Source: a virus
Lineage: Duplodnaviria > Caudoviricetes
Length of the DNA stretch: 46,966 nucleotides
IMG/VR virus record: IMGVR_UViG_3300037484_000186
Span: 1-46,966 of that record
Direction: 5' to 3' (one strand)
The notes under the pieces were generated by a model. That model was not told where the DNA came from and did no database searches. It saw nothing but the letters and a program-made list of their open reading frames with translations. The position numbers and the translations under genes were made by a program. Of the stretch, positions 33,807 through 44,961 are shown one piece after another; the first letter of the stretch is position 1; the number at the start of each line of letters is the position of its first letter.

Positions 33807-34418
33807 GTGGCTGACTTAACCGTAACCGGCACAGGAGCAGCGGCTCCCGCTTCACTTTCGCTCTATCACGTAACAACTGAACTGGAAGCAGTCAATGTGA
33901 TGTTGGGGGCTATTGGCGAACAACCCGTCAATAGCCTCGACATCTCCACCATCTCTGAAGTCTCGATTGCGAGCGGCATACTCTATGAGGTATCTCGTGA
34001 GATGCAATCTCGGGGGTGGTCCTTCAATGAAGAGGACGAATATGAGTTGGCAGTGTCGGAGGGGGAAATCCCTCTTCCGACAAACTGCTTGAAGGTTGTG
34101 GTCACTGGAGAGTACGACTACATCATACGTCGGGGGAACCGCCTGTACAACAGGACCGACCACACCTTCGTTTTCGATGCAGCTGTGGAAGCGACTATTG
34201 TATTCTTTCTACCCTTCACAGATCTTCCGCAGTCGGCAAGATCTTACATCACGATGCGGGCTGCTCGGAAGTTCCAGATGAGGGTTCTTGGGTCTGACTC
34301 CATTCTCAAATTCACCGAAGTCGAAGAGAACCAAGCATGGCTCACCCTGTGCGCGGAGGAAGTAGACCAAGCTGGCTACAGTATGGTCGACCAGTCTCTT
34401 CGGCAGAACAGAGGATAA
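33807..34418 (+). CDS. Tail tubular protein A (T7 gp11-like)
   Basis: TELEAVNVMLGAIGEQPV, QSRGWSFN, RGNRLYN, YITMRAARKF. Confidence 0.95.
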   Translation: MADLTVTGTGAAAPASLSLYHVTTELEAVNVMLGAIGEQPVNSLDISTISEVSIASGILYEVSREMQSRGWSFNEEDEYELAVSEGEIPLPTNCLKVVVTGEYDYIIRRGNRLYNRTDHTFVFDAAVEATIVFFLPFTDLPQSARSYITMRAARKFQMRVLGSDSILKFTEVEENQAWLTLCAEEVDQAGYSMVDQSLRQNRG

Positions 34419-34419
34419 C

Positions 34420-37314
34420 ATGCCTCTGATTTCTAAAACCATTACAGGAATGTATGGCGGCGTGAGCCAGCAACCCGCAGCTCTCCGCATCGACAACCAG
34501 TGTGAGGAGATGGTCAACTGCGTCCCCACACTTGTCGATGGGGTGTACAAGCGCCCCCCTACTGAGTTTGTGGAGGTGCTGACAGCAAGTGATGTTTCTT
34601 CAGCAAAAGTTCATTTCATTGATCGAGATGCTGCTGAGAAATACGCAGTCGTCTTTACTGGAGACGCCACTAACCCGATTGAAGTCTTCTCTTTGCTTGA
34701 TGGTACAAACAAGGTCGTTGGCTATCAGGACAATGATGCACGAGACTACGCGGTAGATCTCAACACCCGAGCAAACATTAAAGCACTCACCATCGCTGAC
34801 TCTACGATTGTCGTCAATAGTATGAAGACACCGGCGATGACGGGCACAGCTGGAGGCACGTGGTACCCGTTCGCTATTGCTAATGTGTTGCATGGTGTAG
34901 CGAGCACGGACTACAAAGTGTATATCAACGGAGATTTAGCTGGAGCGTACACTACAGGTGCAACAACTTCGCCCGATACCTACAAAACCTCCAACATCGC
35001 CAGTGAGCTATACGACGATATTATTGATTGGATCGCAACGCAGGATTCCCCTATCGATTGGCAGGTGGTCTTCGGTGGTTCTTCGATCATGCTGTTCAAT
35101 TCCAACGGTGATGACTTCACCTTCAAGGTTGAGGATAGTTGGGGGAATGCCGCGCTCGTCGGCATCAAGGAGCAAGCACCAAAGTTGGAAGACCTTCCAA
35201 ATAGAATGCCAGATAGCGCTGGGTTTTCCACTGATGTCTTCTCTGGCGGTCAAGCGAACGAATATTGGTGGAATGTGCTGCTTGTAGAAGATCTAACCCA
35301 ACCAAGCGGATATCGTATGCTTGGGGATTCCAAGATGAACAACGTGGCCTACGCGCAAGCGATGGACTACTGGGAGCAGTTGTGCACTAAGATTCTCGTT
35401 GATCCTGATTTAGTGGTTGAACCACTGGCCGTACAGATCTTAGATGCACCAGAAGTGGGTGACCAGTGGTACAGCGAAGATTGGACAGTTTACCGAGACA
35501 GCACTTATAAGTTGTCAGCGTGGCGCACTGATGGGGTTCGCACCCGTCTTTACCACGGTATTTGCCATAGGGAAGGGTCTGGTGGTGCTCTTGAGGCTCT
35601 TGTTGTTGGAGACCAGATGTGGAACGGGAGCGCGTGGGTTCCGAGAAGCGGTTACGGCCAGCAATTCTCAGGGGATCACCATATCTCCGTTTCCCGCCAT
35701 GATGTAGTGGACTTCACCAACATGGCTGTAAAGATTTACGGAGAAGGAACCAAGACCGACTTCATCGGTTACTACCTTAGGTGGAAGGAAGCCACAGCCT
35801 CGGGGATGAACGCAACAGGGACATGGGTAGAAACGGTAGCTGGTGGGTTGTACAACGATATTGACGCCACCACCATGCCACACAAGTTGATTCGTAACGG
35901 AGACGGGACATTCACCCTCAGCAGAATAGACTGGGCGTCTCGTACAGTTGGGGATATGGATTCAGCCCCGAACCCTAGTTTTATTGGCAACCCAATCAAT
36001 GATGTCTACTTCCACAAGAATCGAGTTGGATTCCTCGCGGCAGGTAACGTCATCATCTCCAAATCAGATGACTACTGGGATTTCTTTCCCACCACGGCGT
36101 TGGAAGTGTTGGATGACGATCCAATCGATATCACCATCCCCTCAACCGGCGTAGACGCTCTTCGATGGGCGCTGCCCAACAAGGGGGATCTTCTGATCTT
36201 CGGGCCATCTGACGAGTACATGCTGACTTCAGGAGACCAGATCTTCAGTGCGAAAAGCGCCTCGATGGATGCGAACACTAATTTCCCTATTAGCGCTTTA
36301 GCGGCCCCAGTTCGGTGTGGAGCCAATGTCTACTTCGTCTCTCCCAAGGGGGACTTCGCGGCGTTCCACGAATACTTCACCCAGCCCCAGACGCTGACGG
36401 ATGATGCAGCAAATGTTGCTGCGCACTGCCCGCAATATCTTCCAGCTGGTATTTCTTGTGTTGTCCCATCACCAACATTCAATCTTTTGTTGTCGTGCAC
36501 CGGGGATGACACCACAATCTACGGGTATAAATATTACTGGGCGGGTGAACAGAAAGCGCAGTCTGCGTGGTTCAAGTGGACGTTTGACTTCTATGTCAAA
36601 GCCATCACGATCATTGACAACTATGTTTACATCATCGCAGACAATGGAACAGAAACTTCCTTAGAGAAAATCAATCTGGAACGAGCCACAGAAACAGGCT
36701 TCAACTTCCTTGTGCACCTCGACCACAAGACCTACCACACAGATGTAACGAATTATGATTCTGTGGATAATTGGTCTACTTGGGATCTAGGGCACACCTT
36801 TGTTAACGAGCTGTTAATAGGGGATTGGTGCTTGGTGGATTTAACCACTGGGAAAGAGATTATCGGGCTTGTCTATGTCGATGCCACCCAAGTAAAAGTT
36901 CGCGGTGACTATCAGGGGTACTCGGTGGTCATTGGAGAAAAGTATACGCAATCCTTTACCTTCAGTGAGTTTGGGGTTCCAGCGCCCAAGGGGAACGTCT
37001 ATACCCCGCAAGGTAGACTCCAACTCCGTACACTCATGGTTTCATTCCTTGACACCATGATGTTCGATCTGGTGGTAACCCCTACAGGTACTGTTGAAGG
37101 AGGGCGCGTTCCTATTACACACCAATACACAGGTGTAGAGTTGGGGCTTGCTACACTTGGGGCTGTAACTCTCGCTTCCAAACGCCAACGCTTTATCGTT
37201 TGGGCAAATGCTGTTGGTGTAACGCTCACGCTGCAGAACAGTTCATTCTACCCTGCCGTCTGGTACGAAGCCAGCTGGGAGGGGTACTACACTTCAAGAA
37301 ATCAGGGGATCTAG
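34420..37314 (+). CDS. Tail tubular protein B / nozzle (T7 gp12-like) with a ~170 aa insertion
   Basis: GGVSQQP, KRPP, TMPHKL, NPSFIG, NRVGFL, DDDPID, QSAWFKW, GRLQLR. Confidence 0.95.
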   Translation: MPLISKTITGMYGGVSQQPAALRIDNQCEEMVNCVPTLVDGVYKRPPTEFVEVLTASDVSSAKVHFIDRDAAEKYAVVFTGDATNPIEVFSLLDGTNKVVGYQDNDARDYAVDLNTRANIKALTIADSTIVVNSMKTPAMTGTAGGTWYPFAIANVLHGVASTDYKVYINGDLAGAYTTGATTSPDTYKTSNIASELYDDIIDWIATQDSPIDWQVVFGGSSIMLFNSNGDDFTFKVEDSWGNAALVGIKEQAPKLEDLPNRMPDSAGFSTDVFSGGQANEYWWNVLLVEDLTQPSGYRMLGDSKMNNVAYAQAMDYWEQLCTKILVDPDLVVEPLAVQILDAPEVGDQWYSEDWTVYRDSTYKLSAWRTDGVRTRLYHGICHREGSGGALEALVVGDQMWNGSAWVPRSGYGQQFSGDHHISVSRHDVVDFTNMAVKIYGEGTKTDFIGYYLRWKEATASGMNATGTWVETVAGGLYNDIDATTMPHKLIRNGDGTFTLSRIDWASRTVGDMDSAPNPSFIGNPINDVYFHKNRVGFLAAGNVIISKSDDYWDFFPTTALEVLDDDPIDITIPSTGVDALRWALPNKGDLLIFGPSDEYMLTSGDQIFSAKSASMDANTNFPISALAAPVRCGANVYFVSPKGDFAAFHEYFTQPQTLTDDAANVAAHCPQYLPAGISCVVPSPTFNLLLSCTGDDTTIYGYKYYWAGEQKAQSAWFKWTFDFYVKAITIIDNYVYIIADNGTETSLEKINLERATETGFNFLVHLDHKTYHTDVTNYDSVDNWSTWDLGHTFVNELLIGDWCLVDLTTGKEIIGLVYVDATQVKVRGDYQGYSVVIGEKYTQSFTFSEFGVPAPKGNVYTPQGRLQLRTLMVSFLDTMMFDLVVTPTGTVEGGRVPITHQYTGVELGLATLGAVTLASKRQRFIVWANAVGVTLTLQNSSFYPAVWYEASWEGYYTSRNQGI

Positions 37315-37797
37315 ATGGGACAACTTGAGTACCGAGAGTTCGTGAAAGAAGACTTTGAAGATGTCATGGCTCTCGATCTCAGGCCGATAGAACTGAGAGA
37401 GGGCTTAGCTTCCACAGGCGAAGAGCCTATGGAGCGCTTGGCCCTCTCTATCTCCCTATCTCGCTACCTGTGGGTCATCACCTACAAGGAGAAGATCTGC
37501 GGGATCTTTGGTTTCGCGATCAATAAGGAAGAGGAGATTGTTTATGGAACACCTTGGATGCTGTCCAACGATCTACCCTTTGCCTCATACAGCAATCGAG
37601 GATTATTCTTGAGAACTTCTAAGCATATCGTCATGTTTATGCGTAGTAAGGTCGATATGCTGATGAACATAATTTCACTAGAGAACAAGGAATCTGTCCG
37701 CTGGCTCCGCTGGCTGGGCTTCTCCTTGGACGAAAATACATCATTCACATTTGACCGCGACCCTGAACTGCACTTTGTGTGGTTCAGCATGCGGTAA
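37315..37797 (+). CDS. T7 gp13-like protein (putative acetyltransferase fold)
   Basis: LRPIELRE, GTPWML, NKESVRWLRWLGF; syntenic position. Confidence 0.8.
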   Translation: MGQLEYREFVKEDFEDVMALDLRPIELREGLASTGEEPMERLALSISLSRYLWVITYKEKICGIFGFAINKEEEIVYGTPWMLSNDLPFASYSNRGLFLRTSKHIVMFMRSKVDMLMNIISLENKESVRWLRWLGFSLDENTSFTFDRDPELHFVWFSMR

Positions 37798-37811
37798 AGG
37801 AGGAGAGGCCT

Positions 37812-38345
37812 TTGTGTTACCCAATTATTTACTATGGCGTTATGGCCGCGTTAACCATGGCGACAACGGCTTACAGCGTAAAGACCCAAAACGATCAGGC
37901 AGAAGCGGCGTCAGAGTCTGCGAAGAACACGGCTGTTGCTGACTACATGGCTGTTGAAGATGCCCGTGGGCAGGTGAACACCCAAGCAAATGCCGAAGCA
38001 TTGAAGCTGAAACGCCAAGCTTTGATTGAACGTGGTCGTATTGTTGCTGGGCAGTCCGAAGCTGGTTTCTTTGGGAACTCTCCTCTTCGTGAGCTGTGGA
38101 ATAATCGGTTAAAGGAACGGGAAGCTCTTGGGACCAACGTGTTCAATCAAGGTAATGCTTTGATGCAGAACACACGTGATGCTGGGAGTATCTTTGCCAC
38201 AGCTACCGGCAGAGCTAACGAAGCTCGTGCCAGTCGTATTGGTAATCTGGCAGCTGGGCTGCAAATTGCAGGTGCCGGGGTAGAGGGCGTTACGCAAGGT
38301 TATAGCATGTATAACGCAATATACAAACCGAAGAGGGTGCAATAA
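37812..38345 (+). CDS. Internal virion protein (T7 gp14-like)
   Basis: MCYP start after an AAGGAGG SD, Ala/Gln-rich helices, glycine-rich hydrophobic C-terminus. Confidence 0.8.
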   Translation: MCYPIIYYGVMAALTMATTAYSVKTQNDQAEAASESAKNTAVADYMAVEDARGQVNTQANAEALKLKRQALIERGRIVAGQSEAGFFGNSPLRELWNNRLKEREALGTNVFNQGNALMQNTRDAGSIFATATGRANEARASRIGNLAAGLQIAGAGVEGVTQGYSMYNAIYKPKRVQ

Positions 38346-40228
38346 TGCCGGGAGGAATCTATAGAAGCGAAAAAATGCGCGGTCGTGCTCAGGCCGAAAC
38401 GCAATTGGTTGCTCCCGCCGTTAAGGTGGTTGCTTCCCCAACAGACCCGTTTATCCGTACTTTTAAGGATGACCCGACCAATAACATCTTTGCTCAACTT
38501 TCTGGTCTTGTGAAGAGCACCGGGAAAGCCGCTGTCATTGGCGCGCAGGAAGCCTCCTCTCAAGGCGAACGCGAGTGGAACCCCGCTGCCCCAGATATTG
38601 AGGGGCCGAATGGAGAGCTAATCCCCGGCACGGAGTCTACCCGCGAGGCCCCCAAGGGTCTCATGGGGAAGATCTTCACTCCCGCCTACAAGACTGGATA
38701 CGACAGGATTGACGGGGAACACAAAGCTTCCCTCTACTACAACGAAGCCTATCAATATGCACAGGACAATAAGCTGCAAACGAAGCAGGAACTGGAAGCT
38801 GGGCTCGGTGCTATCCGACAAAAGTATATGGGGAGCATGGTCTCAGATGTCCAGATGGATGCGTGGTTGCCCAAGGCCGCTGCGGTCGAGGAGAAGTTAA
38901 TCCACGATCACGTGGTGGAAGGTGTCAAGCTTCAGCACAACGAAGCTACGGTGGCCCTCAATGGGGTTCTCCGAGATCGAGCAGTTTCCAATATCTTAAT
39001 GCCTGAATTAGCCACAATAGGAATAACCAGTCTGGAGCAGTTGAAGACAGACGAGGGGATCGACCTTCTGCAGGACAACATTGCGACTATCGGCCCGGCG
39101 CTCCGCTCCAAACTCCGCACATTCCTCACCAGTGCTCAGATCGAGTTTGGCGGGACACACTCTAAGGCTGAGATTTCTGAGATGGTGACCAACCTCATGA
39201 TCGGGATTGCGGGGGAAACACTAACTCCTGAACTCCTCGACTTTGCTAAAGAGGGAGAGAGTGATGCGCCGGGGGCTCCTACCCTGCGTGACAGGAACGA
39301 CCCACAAGGAAACAATCTTGGATCAAGGATTGACCACGCAGACAAGCAGATCGAGCAGAGTCGCCACACGATGGTGGTACAACGGCGAGAAGAGAAACGT
39401 AGAGTACAAGCCGAAGCTGTACAGAAAGCTAGTGTGGATTACGCTCTATCAGCTGGAAAGCTGTGGAACCTGCCAGTAGGGGAATACCCTGCCGCTCTGG
39501 AAGCGATGGAGCGCCAGAAGGAAGCCCTTGCTGCAATGCCGGGAATCACAGTCTCTCAGTATGTAGAGGCTGGACAAATCCTCAATTCAATTGCGAAACG
39601 CGGGAGTCATCCTGCCGCTACTCCACCGGAAGTTGAGGAAGCTTTCTGGACGAAGTTTAGTCACGGGGACATGACTGTCGGGTATGTGGCTCAGCACTGG
39701 CGTGAATACTCCGAACAGGACATGAGCACCTTCTATTCTCTTGCTGGGCATCAAGCGTCTCAGCGCATGGAGAAAGACAGAGCGAAACGAGACGAATACT
39801 TTTCGGATCGTGAGATGAACAAGTTGGCTTACGACGAGATCGAAAAGGAAGTTAATCCAACTGACCCAGCTGGCCTCGGCAAGCTGGACGACAACGGAGC
39901 TACCAACGCTATTGAAGCAAGGAATATGCTCGCAACATTGTCTAATCAGTGGTCCAAGAAGAATGGGAATAAAGCCCCTGATGAAGAGGCACTAGATAAG
40001 ATCAGGGCTACAGTGCGCACGAAATACCCACCCTTCAAGGCCCCTAGCGCGAGTGAGTGGGCAACCGCCGAGAAACAGTTAACGGATTCCCCTCAGGGAT
40101 TTCCCGCAACACAGGAGGCATTCCAAGCGCGGTACAACAGCTTGACCACCATGCAGCGCTATGTGGTCTCCTCCAGACTCAAGGGCCAAGCCGCTCCGAA
40201 GCCCCCAGTAAAGCGCTCCTACAAATAA
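38345..40228 (+). CDS. Internal virion protein (T7 gp15-like)
   Basis: 627 aa helical protein; call rests mainly on synteny. Confidence 0.65.
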   Translation: MPGGIYRSEKMRGRAQAETQLVAPAVKVVASPTDPFIRTFKDDPTNNIFAQLSGLVKSTGKAAVIGAQEASSQGEREWNPAAPDIEGPNGELIPGTESTREAPKGLMGKIFTPAYKTGYDRIDGEHKASLYYNEAYQYAQDNKLQTKQELEAGLGAIRQKYMGSMVSDVQMDAWLPKAAAVEEKLIHDHVVEGVKLQHNEATVALNGVLRDRAVSNILMPELATIGITSLEQLKTDEGIDLLQDNIATIGPALRSKLRTFLTSAQIEFGGTHSKAEISEMVTNLMIGIAGETLTPELLDFAKEGESDAPGAPTLRDRNDPQGNNLGSRIDHADKQIEQSRHTMVVQRREEKRRVQAEAVQKASVDYALSAGKLWNLPVGEYPAALEAMERQKEALAAMPGITVSQYVEAGQILNSIAKRGSHPAATPPEVEEAFWTKFSHGDMTVGYVAQHWREYSEQDMSTFYSLAGHQASQRMEKDRAKRDEYFSDREMNKLAYDEIEKEVNPTDPAGLGKLDDNGATNAIEARNMLATLSNQWSKKNGNKAPDEEALDKIRATVRTKYPPFKAPSASEWATAEKQLTDSPQGFPATQEAFQARYNSLTTMQRYVVSSRLKGQAAPKPPVKRSYK

Positions 40229-40242
40229 GGAAGGGGAAGTAG

Positions 40243-43200
40243 ATGGGCCAAAAGCTCTCTGAACTGATCGGTGATATCTACAAGAATGCTCCCCCGCCTA
40301 ATATTGAAGGGGTGCAATATAGTGACATACCGGATACAACCCCTGCATCACAGACGGTTGTTCCTGTTGCAACTCCCGAACCAAAACCAGTAGTTCGCCC
40401 TCCGGTCGAAGAGGCCCCGCCCCCTGCTCTCATAGAGGGGGTCGTTGGGCACTCCGGGGAAGGAGCAGAAGCCGCTGAGTTTGTTGGCAAGCGGGTGGCT
40501 GGTGGTGCACTTGGTGCAGCTGCAGCAGTTGCAGAACTCCCCGCAGACATCGCTGAATCGGCATATGACTTTGTAGCTCAAGGCAGGATAGCGAAAGCTA
40601 CCGGGCTGTCTGAACACATGAAGGGCTATGGGATCACCGACAAGTATCGCGAGATCTTCGTAGACCCCGCAAAACGAGCATCCCTTCAGCTCACACAGGA
40701 CGATGAGGTCACCACGAGTTCCGAGAAGCTCTTTGGTGCTCTGACCTCCGGCGCTGGGCACATGGGGGTTCAACTCACCACTGACAAGATGCTGGGTAAT
40801 GCAATCGTTGGTTTCATCACGAAGCGCAACCCTGTGGTCGGAGCGCTCCTTATTGCCACCAAGAGCAGAGATCAACTTGCTCGAATCATCCCTGATTGGG
40901 TGATCGGCATGTCCGCTAGACGCGGCGCAGAGCACTACAACGACACCAAGGATCTTGTTGCTGCTGGGGCTTCTATGGTTGAGGCCGCTGCAGAGGGACA
41001 GGTGATGCACCTCATCCCGACTTCTCCTATTAAGGGAGCTGCGGGTTGGGCTGCGTTTGGTGCTGGGTCTCGTTTCAAGGAAGACCTGAAGCGCGATGAA
41101 CTCTCCAGTTGGGACGAGTACAAGTTCTCGACTGCGGAGTCCGTTGGGTTTCACCTCGCATTCATGACCACACGGACGATGAGCGAACAAGCTCAGACGC
41201 CTGTGGAGAAAGCTTACACCAAATCGATCCTGAGCCAGCTGGAGCAGGACGGCGCAGTGGATATTCGCAAACTGAAATACATCATCAACGACCCCACTAC
41301 TTCTCCTGAGATGCAGAAGGAAGCCGGTCGCTTAGAGATGATCCTTGCTGACGAACGAGCTTTGTCTTTCCCAGAACTATTGGCGGATCTCGAAGCCAAT
41401 CGTGCCACCTTGGAAACTGTACCCCCGGAGCCGTCCATTACTAACAACGCTTCCGGGGAATCCGCAGCATCTGTGGAAGCCCTTAATAGGGTTGTGTCTG
41501 AGAAAGCCAGTGGAAAACAACGATATAAGATTGACGTAAGAACCAAGAAAATCGTTCCGATCTTTGGAGTAGATGCCGTTGACATGCGTGCTACTAATCC
41601 ATTCGACATTATAATTCAGGACGGAGTAGGAAAGGAAGGAGGGCCAGCTGTTCTTAGTCGGGGGAAATCAATCTCTCCTGAGACAGAGAAACTAGCAATG
41701 ACCCTCGTGCTCGGACAACGCACTCCGATACCTAAACCATCCAACTGGGATCGTTTCAAACCAGACTACGCCGAACTTGGTGATGTTCATCGCTCTGCGG
41801 CCAATGAGATCCAAGCAAAGATGGACGCAGGAGAATTACACCAAGAAGATGCCCAGACAGACAAGTCATGGAAGATGTGGTTCCAAGACAAGACTCCTCT
41901 CCTCTTCGATCAGCGTGGGACCGTAGGGCCAGACATAGGCCCCCGTGAACCACGAAAGATGTTTGAGCGAGTTCTGAAGGAGGAACCAACCGAAGAGTAC
42001 ATCGCTCGGATGGATGCACTTCTTGGGAAGACTGGAGATGATGTCTGGAAGGCCGCAGCTGAACAGCGGTTCAATGTCGGGCAGAAGGTTAAGGCCCACG
42101 ACCGCGACAACTATGGCGAGGTGGTGGAAGAGAAGATCAACCCAGTTACTAAGGAAGCTATTTACACAGTTCGTTTTGTGAGCCCAAAAGGTGATGAAGC
42201 TATTGTTCAGTTCACTCCAGAAACCCTCTCTCCCATCGGCAAGGACGGCAAACCCAAGCAGACCGGGCCTTTAGACCCCAATCGACCGGGGCGGCACATC
42301 ACTGATATGCACGCTCGCAGGGTGGTAGAAGCTCTGCATGCGTTGGATCAGGGGCGTGCTTACGAAGATGTTAAGAACGCCGGTGCGCTGAACTTTCACA
42401 ATATGGGTTCGAACGAAGAGGCCTTGAGGGTTCTCGCTCAGATCCATGACGTAGCGTCAGAAGTAATTGAACCCACGCGGGAGATGGGGCAAACCCTTCC
42501 GGGTATCCACAGAACCGCTATGGGGATGACTCCAACACTCGACAAGATCAGAACGTGGTACATGGGCACAAAGAATCTCGCCCAGAAGATCACGGCTGCA
42601 CGTATCTCCCTGTTGTGGTCTGCAACCCGTCTGGCAGAACTCAAGATCAAGACCATGACGGAAGGCGCAACGCCTGAGGACGCTGCAGAACTTGCAGAGT
42701 GGTCCAAGACACACATCAACATGCAAGAGTTGGTGGAGGGGTCGATCAGCAACATCGCCCGTGGGTTGGGCGCTCTTCGAATCAAGATCGAGGCAAAAGA
42801 CATAATGGGCGCTTCCTCGCCCGAGGAAGTTATCAAGATAATGAGCCGCCACAAGGCCGGTGCAACGAACCGAGTCATCGCTGGTTGGCTGGAACTGTAT
42901 AAGGGGTGGATGTTCTCCAACCCCGGCACACACATAACGAACACCGCTGGTAACCTCGCAGTCCAGATCGGCAATACCGCCGAGGACTATATCGCCGCTA
43001 CGTTGGGCAGAGTTCGCATGGCGGATGCCAGCGACCGCGTTATGTATAAGGAAGCGCACTCTAAGCTCGCTGGTCGTATGGTTGGCTGGCAGCTGTCTAG
43101 CAAGTACATGGTTGATCTTGTAAAAGCTAGCGCAGATGTCTACAGCGAGGCGCGAGCAACTGGCAAGGGTCACGTCGAGTCGGCTCGTTTAGCGGAAGAC

Positions 43201-44952
43201 GCCTTGAACCTGAAGGGCCTTGCTCCCTATGAGAACAAGTACAACGAAGACACACGTTCCTTCACCTCGACTTCATTACTAGGGAAGCCAGCGGAGGATC
43301 AGAACTTCGGGGTGCTCATGGGTCGCACAGGACTTGACCTGTTGGGCATGTCGTCTCGGTCTCCTCTCACGGCGCTTGGTCTGGAAGACAACTACTTCCG
43401 AGAAGTCAGTTACACCGCTTCTATCTCAGGCATCGCTATCCGGGAGAGCTTCAAAGAAACAATGACCGATCAGCAGCGCAAGGATTTCGTGTCCGGGTTC
43501 ATCAAGGCCCACACGATGCTGCTGGAGGGTAATCTCAGGGCGCACTCCAACGAAGAGCAGAAGCAGATCGAGAAGTACGCCAAGGACGGTAGGTTCCACG
43601 AGGAAGCTTACGATCAGGCCGCAAAGGATGTATTCGCCAACGACTTCTCAGGAGATGGAGCTGTTCCAAACCTCTTGGAAGCTGGGCGACTCTTCCTCCA
43701 GAAAACACCTCTGGCTCAAGTCCTCTGGCCCACTTACAAGACACCTTGGCACATCCTTCACTACATCACGCAACGCACTCCGGTTCTCAACGCTCTGAGC
43801 TGGGAATACCGGCAGGAGATGAAGGCCGGTGGGCGTAGGCGAGATATGGCTGTAGCCAAGATGGTATACGGCTCCATGCTGTACACCTTAGGAGCTTCAC
43901 TGTATCTCAACGGCGACATCATGCCTGACACCGACAAAGACCTCAAGGGGTCTGCGAAGGCGCTGGGTGTGCGCAGGGACTCCATCCTGTTCCGTGGCAA
44001 AGCATATGAGGTAGGAGGGGCTGATCCATTTGGTTCCTTCCTCGCACTCTCCGCTCGGATCGGGTATCTGGTGCACAACACGGTTGGGGTTAGCAACACA
44101 GGAGATCTCAACCTGTTCGACCAGACGTATGACACGAATGGTAACTTGATGCAGGTTCCTTTGGTCGGGGCTGGTGGGCAGGGGTGGAAACCCGCAGAAG
44201 CCATGTCGTATGGCATCATGGCGTTCTCCTCCTTGTTCTTCGACAAGAGCGTTCTGCGTCAGGTCAAGGACACAATGAACTTCACCTCTGGGTCGCCGGG
44301 GTCTATGAAGTCCGGTACCAGAATGCTGTCTCGTGTTGGTGTGGGGTTAACGCTCCCCTTCAATGGGGCGTTCCGTTTCGCCAACTCTTTTGACAACAAG
44401 TACATGCGGGATGCAGAGGGGTTTGTCGATCAGTATCTGGCGCAAGCCGCCCCCGGCAATGTGAAGCCCGTGTTCGACATCTTTGGTGAACCTGTCCCCA
44501 GCATGCAAAAGTGGGGCTGGTTCATCCCGCAGTCTCTGGTAAATCCCACGCACTCTCCGATTCGGGCTCTCATCATGAAGTTGGAACTTCCTGTTGCGGG
44601 TATTCTCGATAGTGAGTGGAGAGGACTGCAGCTCACTGAAGAGCAAGGGGTTCGTCTTAATGAACTGGTCGCAGAAGGTGGTTTGGAAGACAAACTGAAC
44701 CGACTGATTGAAAGACCGAGTTTCCAACAGCGCAAAGACTCTCCCGGCAGCATTGGGTACAACACCAAGGGAGACGCCATTCTCACTTATGTTCGAGCAG
44801 CTCGCCGTCAGGCACACGCTCGCTTGAATAGGGAAGAGAAAGCGCAAGGTCAATCGCTTACCGACCAGATTCGTGAGAAGAAGAGAAATATTCGCAACGA
44901 TGAACCTTCCCGATCTACCGGCTGGGAAAAACTCACCGACAAGTTCGACTAA
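40243..44952 (+). CDS. Large internal virion/ejection protein (T7 gp16-like)
   Basis: 1569 aa; SNPGTHITNTAGN, LGLEDNYFR, LWPTYKTPWHI and DIFGEP motifs typical of this class; synteny. Confidence 0.8.
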   Translation: MGQKLSELIGDIYKNAPPPNIEGVQYSDIPDTTPASQTVVPVATPEPKPVVRPPVEEAPPPALIEGVVGHSGEGAEAAEFVGKRVAGGALGAAAAVAELPADIAESAYDFVAQGRIAKATGLSEHMKGYGITDKYREIFVDPAKRASLQLTQDDEVTTSSEKLFGALTSGAGHMGVQLTTDKMLGNAIVGFITKRNPVVGALLIATKSRDQLARIIPDWVIGMSARRGAEHYNDTKDLVAAGASMVEAAAEGQVMHLIPTSPIKGAAGWAAFGAGSRFKEDLKRDELSSWDEYKFSTAESVGFHLAFMTTRTMSEQAQTPVEKAYTKSILSQLEQDGAVDIRKLKYIINDPTTSPEMQKEAGRLEMILADERALSFPELLADLEANRATLETVPPEPSITNNASGESAASVEALNRVVSEKASGKQRYKIDVRTKKIVPIFGVDAVDMRATNPFDIIIQDGVGKEGGPAVLSRGKSISPETEKLAMTLVLGQRTPIPKPSNWDRFKPDYAELGDVHRSAANEIQAKMDAGELHQEDAQTDKSWKMWFQDKTPLLFDQRGTVGPDIGPREPRKMFERVLKEEPTEEYIARMDALLGKTGDDVWKAAAEQRFNVGQKVKAHDRDNYGEVVEEKINPVTKEAIYTVRFVSPKGDEAIVQFTPETLSPIGKDGKPKQTGPLDPNRPGRHITDMHARRVVEALHALDQGRAYEDVKNAGALNFHNMGSNEEALRVLAQIHDVASEVIEPTREMGQTLPGIHRTAMGMTPTLDKIRTWYMGTKNLAQKITAARISLLWSATRLAELKIKTMTEGATPEDAAELAEWSKTHINMQELVEGSISNIARGLGALRIKIEAKDIMGASSPEEVIKIMSRHKAGATNRVIAGWLELYKGWMFSNPGTHITNTAGNLAVQIGNTAEDYIAATLGRVRMADASDRVMYKEAHSKLAGRMVGWQLSSKYMVDLVKASADVYSEARATGKGHVESARLAEDALNLKGLAPYENKYNEDTRSFTSTSLLGKPAEDQNFGVLMGRTGLDLLGMSSRSPLTALGLEDNYFREVSYTASISGIAIRESFKETMTDQQRKDFVSGFIKAHTMLLEGNLRAHSNEEQKQIEKYAKDGRFHEEAYDQAAKDVFANDFSGDGAVPNLLEAGRLFLQKTPLAQVLWPTYKTPWHILHYITQRTPVLNALSWEYRQEMKAGGRRRDMAVAKMVYGSMLYTLGASLYLNGDIMPDTDKDLKGSAKALGVRRDSILFRGKAYEVGGADPFGSFLALSARIGYLVHNTVGVSNTGDLNLFDQTYDTNGNLMQVPLVGAGGQGWKPAEAMSYGIMAFSSLFFDKSVLRQVKDTMNFTSGSPGSMKSGTRMLSRVGVGLTLPFNGAFRFANSFDNKYMRDAEGFVDQYLAQAAPGNVKPVFDIFGEPVPSMQKWGWFIPQSLVNPTHSPIRALIMKLELPVAGILDSEWRGLQLTEEQGVRLNELVAEGGLEDKLNRLIERPSFQQRKDSPGSIGYNTKGDAILTYVRAARRQAHARLNREEKAQGQSLTDQIREKKRNIRNDEPSRSTGWEKLTDKFD

Positions 44953-44961
44953 GGAGTCCAG

